Both the position numbers and the translations under genes were made by a program. Shown piece after piece: positions 9,490 through 17,854 of a stretch of 64,000 bases of DNA. Location of the stretch: contig LEKP01000003.1 of the NCBI GenBank assembly GCA_001443025.1, forward strand, positions 86,652 through 150,651, written 5' to 3'. The notes beneath the pieces are model-generated. The model did not search any database and was not told the origin of the DNA. It was given only the letters and a program-made list of their open reading frames with translations. Each line of letters opens with the position of its first letter. Positions within the stretch are counted from its first letter, which is position 1. The stretch is from Parcubacteria bacterium GBS-2. Lineage in GTDB: Bacteria; Patescibacteriota; Minisyncoccia; Minisyncoccales; GBS-2.

Positions 9490-10260
9490 TTACCTTAACT
9501 TTTTCAAAATTATTGAAATCAAAAAAATTAAAAAGCTAGAAATAACAATTAAGGGACCTGCTGGAAAGTTTGTGATTTTAAAAAGGAAAATTCCAAAAAT
9601 GGCAGCTAAAACTCCAAAAAGAGAAGATAAAATTTTAAAAGTTTTTAAGCTTTTGGAAAAATTTCTGGCTGAAGCCGCTGGCAAAGCAGTGAGACCTGCT
9701 ACCAAAAGCCCACCAACAAACTTTACACCCAATGCCACAATAGCTGAAATTGAAAGAAGGTAAAGAAATTGGTATTTTTTCAAATCAATTTTTTCTGCTT
9801 TTGCCAAATCCTCTGAAATTGAAATTAAAGTTAGCTTTGAATAAATTCTTTGAACCAAAAAGAGAACAAAAAGAGAGATTAAAACAATAATTAAGCTTTC
9901 TACTCTTCCAATTTTTGAAATATCGCCAACTAACGCCTCTTCAATTTCGTGTTCTGATAGAAACAAGAAAGTAACCGCTAAAGAAACAGAAAATAAAATT
10001 GCAATGATCGTTTCTGTGGGAAGTTTTGTTTTTTGTTCAAAAAACCAAATTAAAATTGAACCCAAAAATAAAAACAAAAAAGCTCCCAGAGAAATATCTT
10101 TTTGAAAAATTAAAGCTAAGGCAACCCCTGGTAATGCCAAATGAGAGAGAGGATCAGCAACAATCGTCATCTTCCTTGAAAGCATTAAAGACCCCAAATA
10201 TCCCGCTACCCCTCCAACAAAAATTGCTGAAATTAAAATTTCAAAAAAATTAACGGTCAT
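9490..10260 (-). CDS. znuB: Metal (Zn/Mn-type) ABC transporter permease, ABC-3 family
   Basis: 256 aa, multi-TM. N-terminus FEILISAIFVGGVAGYLGSLMLSRKMTIVADPLSHLALPGVALA is typical of ZnuB/TroC permeases. Confidence 0.75.
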   Translation of the reverse strand: MTVNFFEILISAIFVGGVAGYLGSLMLSRKMTIVADPLSHLALPGVALALIFQKDISLGAFLFLFLGSILIWFFEQKTKLPTETIIAILFSVSLAVTFLFLSEHEIEEALVGDISKIGRVESLIIVLISLFVLFLVQRIYSKLTLISISEDLAKAEKIDLKKYQFLYLLSISAIVALGVKFVGGLLVAGLTALPAASARNFSKSLKTFKILSSLFGVLAAIFGIFLFKITNFPAGPLIVISSFLIFLISIILKKLR

Positions 10261-11143
10261 GAAGGTATCTTTTGTTTTCTTTTATATATCTTTTAACAAA
10301 CCAATTAAGGAAAATGAATTCATCTCTTTTAACTTGAGAGCGCTCTAGAGCATTATAATAAGAATTTCTATCTTTGTAGGAAATGTTCAAAAGGGGGTAT
10401 TGGTATTTGTTCAAAACAAAATTCATCATTAATCTTGAAATTCTACCGTTTCCATCTGCAAAAGGATGAATAGTAACAAATTTTAGATGAACCAAGCCTG
10501 CCAGTTCTACAGGATGCAAAAAATTTTTATTTTTTTGATACCACTTAAAAAAATCTCTCAGCATCGGATAAATCTCAACTGGATAGGGTGGTTGAAATTT
10601 GCTCCCAGAAATTCTTACTTGAAAATTCCTTATTTTTCCTGCAATGTCAGGCTTTGTTTGCTCAAAAAGTTCTTTGTGCCATTTCAAAACTAAAGACAAA
10701 GAAAGATCTTTTTTAAGCTCAAGCATTTCTAAAAAAATCTTTTTGTGAGCCTCTGCTTCTTTGATATCATGCACTGGTTTTCCTTTTGGGGCAATCCCTC
10801 TTTCTAACAAATCTGCAGTTTCTCTTAGAGTTAAAGTAGAGCCTTCGATTCTTTGAGTGTCATAAGTAAATTGAATGGAGAAAGTTTCAATTTCTTTTTC
10901 TCTTGCTGATGGTGGCATTTTTTTCAATTCTTTCTGATAATTTTCCTTAATTTTTTCTAAAATTTTCTCCCATTTCTCCTTGAAAATTTGCTGAAAAAAT
11001 TTTCTTTTGATCTCTTCGATGTTTTCTGGAATTTTCTTTCCCAAATAAAGCGCTTTCTTTTCTACTTTTTTCCCTTTTCTTATTGTGTGTTCCAAATAAA
11101 AATAAGTTTCTCTTCCTTTAATTTTTTTTCTGATAGTAACCAT
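10250..11143 (-). CDS. fic: Fic-domain protein (AMPylase family) with an intramolecular inhibitory motif
   Basis: Fic core motif HPFADGNGRISR. N-terminal TQRIEG matches the (S/T)xxxE(G/N) inhibitory motif. 11-nt overlap with the znuB start. Confidence 0.85.
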   Translation of the reverse strand: MVTIRKKIKGRETYFYLEHTIRKGKKVEKKALYLGKKIPENIEEIKRKFFQQIFKEKWEKILEKIKENYQKELKKMPPSAREKEIETFSIQFTYDTQRIEGSTLTLRETADLLERGIAPKGKPVHDIKEAEAHKKIFLEMLELKKDLSLSLVLKWHKELFEQTKPDIAGKIRNFQVRISGSKFQPPYPVEIYPMLRDFFKWYQKNKNFLHPVELAGLVHLKFVTIHPFADGNGRISRLMMNFVLNKYQYPLLNISYKDRNSYYNALERSQVKRDEFIFLNWFVKRYIKENKRYLHDR

Positions 11144-11195
11144 ATTACCACTACAAATTTATCAAAATTTAAAAATTTTGCAAATTGTAGGGGTA

Positions 11196-11921
11196 TCAAT
11201 GTCCATGATAATGCTCATAAAATTTTATCTCTTGCCCATAAAGTTTTGATAAAATTTCTGGAGTTACTACTTCTTGTGGTTTTCCTTGACATACCGGACA
11301 TTTATTCAAGCAAATGACATAATCTGAAAATTTGAAAACAACGCTTAAGTCATGAGTAACTAAAATAATTGTTAAATTTTTTTCTTTCTTCAATTTTTCT
11401 AAAAGTTGATAAATTGTTTCCTCGCCTGAAATATCAATTCCAGTTGTTGGTTCGTCAAAAAGTAAAACTTCAGGTTCTCCAATTAAAGCCCAAGCCACCA
11501 AAATTCTTTGGTACTGCCCTGAAGAAATTTCCCCTAAATTTTTCTTTAAAAAGCTTTCCTCAAAACCAACTAGTGTTAAAACTTCTTTAATTTCTTTTTC
11601 GTTTTTTGTTTTTAACCTGAAAAATTCCTCGATCGAGATTGGAAAATCCTTGACAAAGGGTACTCTTTGTGGCACATACCCTATTTTTATTCCTTTTTTC
11701 CATTCAATTTTTCCTTCAAAAGGAAAAATGCCAAGTAAAGTCTTAAGTAACACTGTCTTTCCTGCTCCATTTGGTCCCAAGATCGTTAAAACCTCTCCCC
11801 TTTTCACTTCAAAAGATAAATTACAAATAATTAACTCATCATCTAATTTCACATTCAAATTTTCAACTTTCAAAATCGTTTCCATAGTTTTATTTAACCA
11901 CAACCTGGACAAATTGAACAT
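11196..11921 (-). CDS. znuC: Metal ABC transporter ATP-binding protein (ZnuC-like); the likely true start is METILKV at 11885
   Basis: Walker A GPNGAGKT, signature SSGQYQR, Walker B LLLFDEPTTGID. Confidence 0.85.
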   Translation of the reverse strand: MFNLSRLWLNKTMETILKVENLNVKLDDELIICNLSFEVKRGEVLTILGPNGAGKTVLLKTLLGIFPFEGKIEWKKGIKIGYVPQRVPFVKDFPISIEEFFRLKTKNEKEIKEVLTLVGFEESFLKKNLGEISSGQYQRILVAWALIGEPEVLLFDEPTTGIDISGEETIYQLLEKLKKEKNLTIILVTHDLSVVFKFSDYVICLNKCPVCQGKPQEVVTPEILSKLYGQEIKFYEHYHGH

Positions 11922-12112
11922 GTACCACCAGAACAGCTTCCGCTTCCTTTACTAGAGGGTCCCTTTGGTCGCCACTCATTACATTCTGTATTGCACTCTG
12001 GACATTTTGCCACTAATTTAAAACAGTACCCAAAAACAGAGCTTTGCCACTCTTTCTTTTGACCCTCTGCTTCAAAAAATTTATTGCAATTTGGACAGTA
12101 AAATTTCTCCAT
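11894..12112 (-). CDS. Small zinc-ribbon protein with a Cys/Gly/Ser-rich tail (FmdB-like)
   Basis: 72 aa. CPNC...CPEC zinc ribbon, then KGSGSCSGGTCSICPGCG at the C-terminus. Confidence 0.5.
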   Translation of the reverse strand: MEKFYCPNCNKFFEAEGQKKEWQSSVFGYCFKLVAKCPECNTECNEWRPKGPSSKGSGSCSGGTCSICPGCG

Positions 12113-12144
12113 TTTTAAAATAAAATTTCAAGGTTTTATTATTA

Positions 12145-13140
12145 CTATTTTTTGATTAAACCTATCTCTTTTAGAAAAATTTCCCAGTCTTTTGGTGTAT
12201 ATTTAAGTTTATTTATTGGTACCAGGTAACGAGTTTCTCGAACCTTCCCTAAATATGGAAGCATCTTTCCCTCTTTAACTGGTTTATGTTCAGATGTTTT
12301 GAAATAACCATTAATGAATCCTTTAAGTTTTGTTTGAATTTCTCCGCACTTATAGTTTTTAATTCTAGTTCTCATTTCTTGCAAATAATTTTTAAATCTC
12401 TTGTCTGTTGGTGGAATTTTTACTTGTGCAAAATCAAGAAGTCGTGAAAATCCACAAACCTCTATAAAAAATTGCAAAAGAATAGGCTGGGGGACAGAAC
12501 ATTTTACGCTTATTCCATAATCATATCCTATGCCCGCTTCTGCCCAAACACCGGTTAAAGAAGGTGAAGTTTTTATACTTACTCTTTTGTCAGCATTTAC
12601 AATATCATTTCGATATTTTTCAATTTGTGTTGAAATTTCCCAATCTAATTCAATTTTTGTAAAAAACTTCTCTTTAAAAAATTTCTTTACCATTATTTCC
12701 CCCAATTTTCCTACAAACTGATCTATCAAAATTGATTCAAAAGTTCTTCGTCTTTCTCTAAAACCTTTTTGAGTAATCGTAGCTTTCGTGCCTCCCTCAA
12801 ACATTTGATATGTGATTTCTATGCAAAAAATTAAAAGTCTTACTATATCTTCCTCTCCTATGTTTACAATAATCGTGTTTGGTAAAAGTTTTTCATCAAT
12901 CCATTTTAAAACATTGTCGTTTCTTATAAATAATTTTCTTTTCTTTGTCTCGGTTACGTTAAAATCATTTACTCTGCAAGCAGAAAGGAGTAATTCTCCA
13001 AGCTCATCGAATTCAAAAATTATTCCATATTTTTCTTTGATAAACTCTACGAGCGATTGAATATATTTGTACTCTTTCTTTTTAAACTTCGAAGGACTAT
13101 TTAAATCAGTTTGTGAGAGAAAGTTTCCTTTTGAATTCAT
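12145..13140 (-). CDS. Putative type II restriction endonuclease (partner of the adjacent methyltransferase)
   Basis: 331 aa. 4-nt overlap with the MTase gene. Possible PD-(D/E)xK-like ELD...x19...SIK. Assignment rests on context. Confidence 0.45.
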   Translation of the reverse strand: MNSKGNFLSQTDLNSPSKFKKKEYKYIQSLVEFIKEKYGIIFEFDELGELLLSACRVNDFNVTETKKRKLFIRNDNVLKWIDEKLLPNTIIVNIGEEDIVRLLIFCIEITYQMFEGGTKATITQKGFRERRRTFESILIDQFVGKLGEIMVKKFFKEKFFTKIELDWEISTQIEKYRNDIVNADKRVSIKTSPSLTGVWAEAGIGYDYGISVKCSVPQPILLQFFIEVCGFSRLLDFAQVKIPPTDKRFKNYLQEMRTRIKNYKCGEIQTKLKGFINGYFKTSEHKPVKEGKMLPYLGKVRETRYLVPINKLKYTPKDWEIFLKEIGLIKK

Positions 13141-14462
13141 TTTTGTTTTTTTAGGACTACTAAATGTTCTGTTTTAATTCGACTATCTTTCATACCTGAA
13201 GCAGGGTTGACTTTCGATTCAAACATAACCCGCGACAGAATTTTATCTACAAATGTTACTTCATGACTCCACCCGAATTCTTTCAGATGTTCTACGATTA
13301 TTTCATCAATGGGAATGGGGTTGTTTCTTACTTTTGCTGGCCCAACAAAAATACACATGTAATTTTCAACCTTCTCACCAAGCCTGGAAAAGCAAGAAAG
13401 GATTGCGTGAAAATACTGATCATAAAGAGATCTCAAGTGTTTTTCTTTGATTTTTTTTCTGTATTCAAAAAATGTCGAAGAATAAATCTTAATCTTTGGT
13501 ACTTCTCTGTAAGGTATTTCTTTATTACTGAGATTTTTTATGTACGCTTCGCTATAGCCTAACCAAAAAAGCTCAAGTTTAGTTGATCTTATATATTCTT
13601 GAGCCTGTAAGTAAGGAGGAGAAGTTATTAAAATATCCACTTTCTTGTCAAGCTCTGCAGTTAAAGTATCAATACCTGCTTTCACTTCATATTCTACTTC
13701 CTTTGGGGAAAGCTTTTCATACTCAACAAGTTTATTATAAAGCGAAAAAATTTCCTGCTTTAACATTCGGTAGAACACATTTTTCCAATTTCCTTTTAAT
13801 AAAGTTTCAATTTTTTTCCTTGAATATTTAGACCTATATAATTTGTGAACTTTTTCGTCACTCCAGCTGAAATATTTTGTTACTTTTAAAAGAGGAATAA
13901 GCAAGAGATATTTTTTTTCTTTCTCTTTTTCAGAGTGCACAAAGCCCCATGCTTTAGAAAGGATCGGAAGAAATTGTTCTGGAAACCAGTAATTTAAATT
14001 GCTCCAAGAAGGAATGAACTCTTTATTGGAATTCTTAATACAATCAATGAGATCCAATAACTCATTCACTTTCATTTTTGGTCGTCCTAATGTAGCGGTA
14101 TCATGAATGATGTTTAATATCGGATTTAAATCCCATAATTGGTAATTATAACCATAAACTTTAGCAGTCAAACCTGCAGTTCCATATCCAGCAAAGGGAT
14201 CGAATATTCTCATTCCAGGAACACCATACTTTTTTAAAACAAAGGCAATTACCTGAGGAATAAATTTGGCTGGATACTTATAAATAGAAAATACTCCATA
14301 TGTAGTATAAGGAATTTCTGGAATCGTATTTCGAAATAATACGGAAATTTTTTTCCCGTTTTGAAAACTTTCTGCGTTATTTTGTTGAGGTTCCGAAGTA
14401 ATCTCTTTAATATTAGAAAATTTTAGATTCAATTGAGAGTTTTTAAGTTTTTCATAATCCAT
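13137..14462 (-). CDS. DNA methyltransferase (N6-adenine or N4-cytosine), motif order I then IV
   Basis: 441 aa. Motif I IFDPFAGYGTAG (aa ~86) and motif IV ITSPPYLQAQEY (aa ~280). Confidence 0.8.
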   Translation of the reverse strand: MDYEKLKNSQLNLKFSNIKEITSEPQQNNAESFQNGKKISVLFRNTIPEIPYTTYGVFSIYKYPAKFIPQVIAFVLKKYGVPGMRIFDPFAGYGTAGLTAKVYGYNYQLWDLNPILNIIHDTATLGRPKMKVNELLDLIDCIKNSNKEFIPSWSNLNYWFPEQFLPILSKAWGFVHSEKEKEKKYLLLIPLLKVTKYFSWSDEKVHKLYRSKYSRKKIETLLKGNWKNVFYRMLKQEIFSLYNKLVEYEKLSPKEVEYEVKAGIDTLTAELDKKVDILITSPPYLQAQEYIRSTKLELFWLGYSEAYIKNLSNKEIPYREVPKIKIYSSTFFEYRKKIKEKHLRSLYDQYFHAILSCFSRLGEKVENYMCIFVGPAKVRNNPIPIDEIIVEHLKEFGWSHEVTFVDKILSRVMFESKVNPASGMKDSRIKTEHLVVLKKQK

Positions 14463-14590
14463 AATTTTCGAACGAATAGATAGAGTTGATTCTTTTATTG
14501 TATCAAAAATACAAAAATATCAAAAATTGTAAAAATAAATATATAAAACCCGTAATATTGTGAAAAATTCAAGATTTTCAGTAGATCTTT

Positions 14591-14869
14591 TTAAGGTTTT
14601 AAAATTTTTATTGCCTTTCCCTCAATTAAGGCCTTGGCAACTTTTTTTCTGGCAGAGGTTAAAATTCGACAAAGAGTGGCTTGGGAAATTTTCATTCTCT
14701 TTGCTGCCTCAATTTGGTTTAGTCCTTCCAAATCGCAAAGTCTTAGAGTTTCAATTTCATCCAAAGATAACTCAACTTCATCTAACATTGAAAGGGGGAC
14801 TGCTCTCGGTTTAAAATAAACTGCTTTTGGATCGAATTGAACCCTTCTTGGTTTAATGGGTCTTACCAT
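14591..14869 (-). CDS. DUF134 (UPF0251) putative DNA-binding protein
   Basis: MVRPIKPRRV...FKP...LSLDEIETLRLCDLEGLNQIEAAKRMKISQATLCRIL, a sigma region-4-like HTH typical of DUF134. Confidence 0.8.
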   Translation of the reverse strand: MVRPIKPRRVQFDPKAVYFKPRAVPLSMLDEVELSLDEIETLRLCDLEGLNQIEAAKRMKISQATLCRILTSARKKVAKALIEGKAIKILKP

Positions 14870-14870
14870 A

Positions 14871-15908
14871 TTATTCTCTAGTTAAATGAATTTTACAATT
14901 TGGGCAAATCAAACTTGAGCAAGGAACTCCAGGTTGATGTTCAACTCTATAGCCACATTTTTTGCAAACACAATATCCCCCGGGTCCTCTGCCTCTAAAT
15001 CTCCTTCTCCAACAAAAACCTTTTTTGAAACCAAAAGCTACAAGAGGAGGTTTATAAAAACCAGTTTCAACTTCGTGGCTTTTAACTTGAATTGCAACAT
15101 AAACTAAGTTTTTAATTTCTTTCATTAATCTTTCTCTTAAATTTTCTGAAATTTTTGTTGCGGTCTCAACGTCCAAATTTCTTGGCAAATTTATTTCCAA
15201 ATTGGCAGTAAAAACAGAACCCTTCTTTTGAGTTTTTAAATCTGAAATTTCAATCCCTTGAGATTTTACAATCTCTTTTATTTTCTCTTCAACTTCAGGC
15301 GGGGCTGAAACATCAAGTAAAGAATCGATGGCTTCTTTTCCAATTGAAAAAGATTCTTTAACAATATAAAGACCGATTAAAAAAGCTAAAATTGAATCGG
15401 TAAAAATCCAATATTTATTCAAAACTAAACCAGCAAAAACTGCCAAGGATGCAAAAACATCAATTCTTGAATGAACTCCATCTGAAATTAAAGCAACCGA
15501 ATTTTCTTTTTTCCCAAAATGAATTTTTAATCTTGCCATTATTTCATTCAAAATTGCAGAAAATCCCATAACTGAAAGTGCCAAAATTGGAAGTTGAATC
15601 GCTGTTGGATTCTTAAATTTTTGGTATGCCTCAAAAATTATCCAAATTCCAGTAAAAAACAAAATTAAAGTAATCAAAAATCCTGCCAAAACCTCAAATT
15701 TAAAATGGCCATAAGGATGCTTTTTGTCAGCTGGCTTTTTTGAAATTTTAATCCCTAAAAATGAAATCAAAGAAGAAAAAATGTCTGCCAAGGAATGAAA
15801 ACCCTCGGCTAAAACAGCAGTTGATTTTGATAAAATCCCCGCAGAAATTTTTATTCCAGCCAAAATAACATTTGCCAATACCGAAATTTTCGCAATTTTT
15901 TCTTTCAT
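14871..15908 (-). CDS. Cation diffusion facilitator (CDF) transporter with an Arg/Gly linker and a C-terminal C4 zinc-ribbon tail
   Basis: HSLAD and HSRID (HxxxD) motifs in the TM helices. Tail reads RRRFRGRGPGGYCVCKKCGYRVEHQPGVPCSSLICPNCKIHL. Confidence 0.85.
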   Translation of the reverse strand: MKEKIAKISVLANVILAGIKISAGILSKSTAVLAEGFHSLADIFSSLISFLGIKISKKPADKKHPYGHFKFEVLAGFLITLILFFTGIWIIFEAYQKFKNPTAIQLPILALSVMGFSAILNEIMARLKIHFGKKENSVALISDGVHSRIDVFASLAVFAGLVLNKYWIFTDSILAFLIGLYIVKESFSIGKEAIDSLLDVSAPPEVEEKIKEIVKSQGIEISDLKTQKKGSVFTANLEINLPRNLDVETATKISENLRERLMKEIKNLVYVAIQVKSHEVETGFYKPPLVAFGFKKGFCWRRRFRGRGPGGYCVCKKCGYRVEHQPGVPCSSLICPNCKIHLTRE

Positions 15909-16834
15909 AAAATTTTTTCAATTATTTTCTCAAATTTTTTTTGAAGTTTGGGGTTTATTTTTGCTATTGGCTTCATTTTTAAAGTAGATTTTAAAAAATC
16001 CTTATGGTAGGGAATTTTCCCCAAAATTTCAATTTTATTTTCTTTGGCGAACTTTTCTATTTCTTTTGAAAAATTTTTTGCTAGATCGAATTTATTAATA
16101 ACAATTCCGTGTTGAATTTTAAAATGATTTGCTAAATATAAAACTCTTTTTAGGTCAAAAAGGGCAGAAGGTGTGGGTTCTGTCACTGCTATAATATAAT
16201 CTGTTCCGACTAAAGAAGCAATCACTGGACATCCAATTCCAGGGGCAGAATCTATAATCATAATTTCTGCTTTTATTCTCTCTCCAATTTCATCGGCTAC
16301 TTTTCTTACTTCATTCACTACTTCTCCAGAAGAAAGTTCTCCTAATTTCAGTTCGCTTGAAACCAAATCGACATTATAATTTTTTCCAACAAAAATTTTC
16401 CCAATTTCTTTTTTGCCTTCTTTTATTGCTCCGAAAGGACAAGCCAAAACGCAGGCTTTACAACCAATACAAGAATCTTTCAAGAAAGCGGGATATTTTC
16501 CTTTGACAAAAACGATGGCATTTTGCTTGCAAACTTTTGCGCACTCTCCGCATTTTTTGCATTTTTCAAAATCAAATTTAGGAATGAACTGAAAAACTTT
16601 TTTGAATTCTTTTCTTTTTATTGATAACAACAAATGGCAATTTGGACATTCTGCATCGGCATCAACCAAAATTGTCTTTTTGCTTTTCGCAAATTCCACT
16701 GCCAAAGAAGTTGCCACCATCGACTTTCCCACTCCCCCTTTCCCTCCATTAACTGCTATTTTCACCCCCACACCAAAATAGGCAACCTTGGTGTTATTTA
16801 ACGAAGTCAATTCTTGTTTGGTGTGGGGGTTCAT
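15905..16834 (-). CDS. MinD/ParA-type P-loop ATPase with an inserted 2x[4Fe-4S] ferredoxin domain
   Basis: Deviant Walker A GKGGVGKS. Cluster motifs CKKCGECAKVC and CIGCKACVLACP. Confidence 0.8.
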   Translation of the reverse strand: MNPHTKQELTSLNNTKVAYFGVGVKIAVNGGKGGVGKSMVATSLAVEFAKSKKTILVDADAECPNCHLLLSIKRKEFKKVFQFIPKFDFEKCKKCGECAKVCKQNAIVFVKGKYPAFLKDSCIGCKACVLACPFGAIKEGKKEIGKIFVGKNYNVDLVSSELKLGELSSGEVVNEVRKVADEIGERIKAEIMIIDSAPGIGCPVIASLVGTDYIIAVTEPTPSALFDLKRVLYLANHFKIQHGIVINKFDLAKNFSKEIEKFAKENKIEILGKIPYHKDFLKSTLKMKPIAKINPKLQKKFEKIIEKIL

Positions 16835-16837
16835 AAT

Positions 16838-17173
16838 TTAAAAAATATCTTCTTTTGATAATTCTTTTAATTTGTTTTCTTCAAATTTTTTAAGATTTTC
16901 TAAAATCGTGCCTTCAATTGCTTTAAAAACTTTAATTTTATAATTTTTAAATTTTTCAAAAGCCCTCGGTCCCAAACTGAAAACAATAACTACATCGACA
17001 TTTTGTCTTTTTAAAAAATCTGGCGGAAGTCCTTTCCCCTTGAGCTCTGGATTTTCGAAAACCTCAAAAATTTCTTTTTCAGTATCGAAAATCAAAAAAT
17101 TCTTTGCTCTTCCAAAATGCAAAGCCACCTTATCTTCTAAATTGTTTCCGTCAGTAGCGAATGCTATTTTCAT
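16838..17173 (-). CDS. NifB/NifX-like (dinitrogenase FeMo-cofactor binding fold) protein
   Basis: 111 aa. MKIAFATDGNNLEDKVALHFGRAKNFLIF... is the typical family N-terminus. Confidence 0.75.
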   Translation of the reverse strand: MKIAFATDGNNLEDKVALHFGRAKNFLIFDTEKEIFEVFENPELKGKGLPPDFLKRQNVDVVIVFSLGPRAFEKFKNYKIKVFKAIEGTILENLKKFEENKLKELSKEDIF

Positions 17174-17508
17174 TCGAATTTTTCCAATTTTCCTTGAATA
17201 AATTTCTCAATTATTTCTTTTACTTTCCCTTCTCCCTGATAAACCTCAATATTAAATTGTCTTAAAACATCGAAGGCCCTTGGTCCAATATTTTTTGTGA
17301 TTACTGCTTTCACATCCTTTTCGGCCATCAATTGAGCGGCGAAAATTCCTGCCCCTCCTGTTCTTTTTTCAGCTTCATTTTCAATTGCTTCAAAACTTTT
17401 AATCTTTCCGTTCTCAATCGCGACAATGAGAAAATAGGGACACCTGGCAAACACTTCGCTTACTGTGTCTTCTAAACTTTTTCCGTTTGCTGAAATTGCA
17501 ATTTTCAT
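17170..17508 (-). CDS. NifB/NifX-like protein, second paralog
   Basis: 112 aa. MKIAISANGKSLEDTVSEVFARCPYFLIV...GGAGIFAAQLMAEKDVKAVI. Confidence 0.75.
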   Translation of the reverse strand: MKIAISANGKSLEDTVSEVFARCPYFLIVAIENGKIKSFEAIENEAEKRTGGAGIFAAQLMAEKDVKAVITKNIGPRAFDVLRQFNIEVYQGEGKVKEIIEKFIQGKLEKFE

Positions 17509-17738
17509 TTTTTCTTTTCTAATTCTTTCAATCTTTTCTCAATTGCCTTCATTTCTTCCTTTAAAGCTTTAAGTTCATCCAAAAGCATTTCTTTTTCTTC
17601 TTCGGGAGTAATTTTCTCAAAATATTCAGGAAATGCCCACCAACCCCTCGGCAACCAAGGATATCGCCAGCATCTCCACCAGTATTTTCTAAATTCTGGA
17701 TAGGCCCACCAAGGACCTCCTCCCATTCCCCAGGGCAT
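17505..17738 (-). CDS. DUF5320-like small protein (Gly/Trp-rich N-terminus, coiled-coil C-terminus)
   Basis: MPWGMGGGPWW... then EEKEMLLDELKALKEEMKAIEKRLKELEKKK. First gene of the coupled operon. Confidence 0.55.
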   Translation of the reverse strand: MPWGMGGGPWWAYPEFRKYWWRCWRYPWLPRGWWAFPEYFEKITPEEEKEMLLDELKALKEEMKAIEKRLKELEKKK

Positions 17739-17840
17739 AGTTTTTAAATTTTTTATAATTTTGACCTTTTTATTATGAATATATATTCAAAATAAAACTG
17801 TTTGTCAAGAGAGAAATTCTAATTCTAAATTTGTGTTTTT

Positions 17841-17849
17841 TGGTAAAAT
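17841..17849 (+). promoter_or_regulatory. Extended -10 element of murB (leaderless geometry)
   Basis: TGgTAAAAT, with only 5 nt (AAAAG) before the ATG at 17855. Confidence 0.4.
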
Positions 17850-17854
17850 AAAAG

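Noticed and set aside
14490-14560. Phased A-tracts (CAAAAA every 8-9 nt) upstream of the type II methyltransferase
   Set aside because: The spacing is shorter than a helical repeat and the region is simply AT-rich. There is insufficient evidence for a curved-DNA regulatory element.
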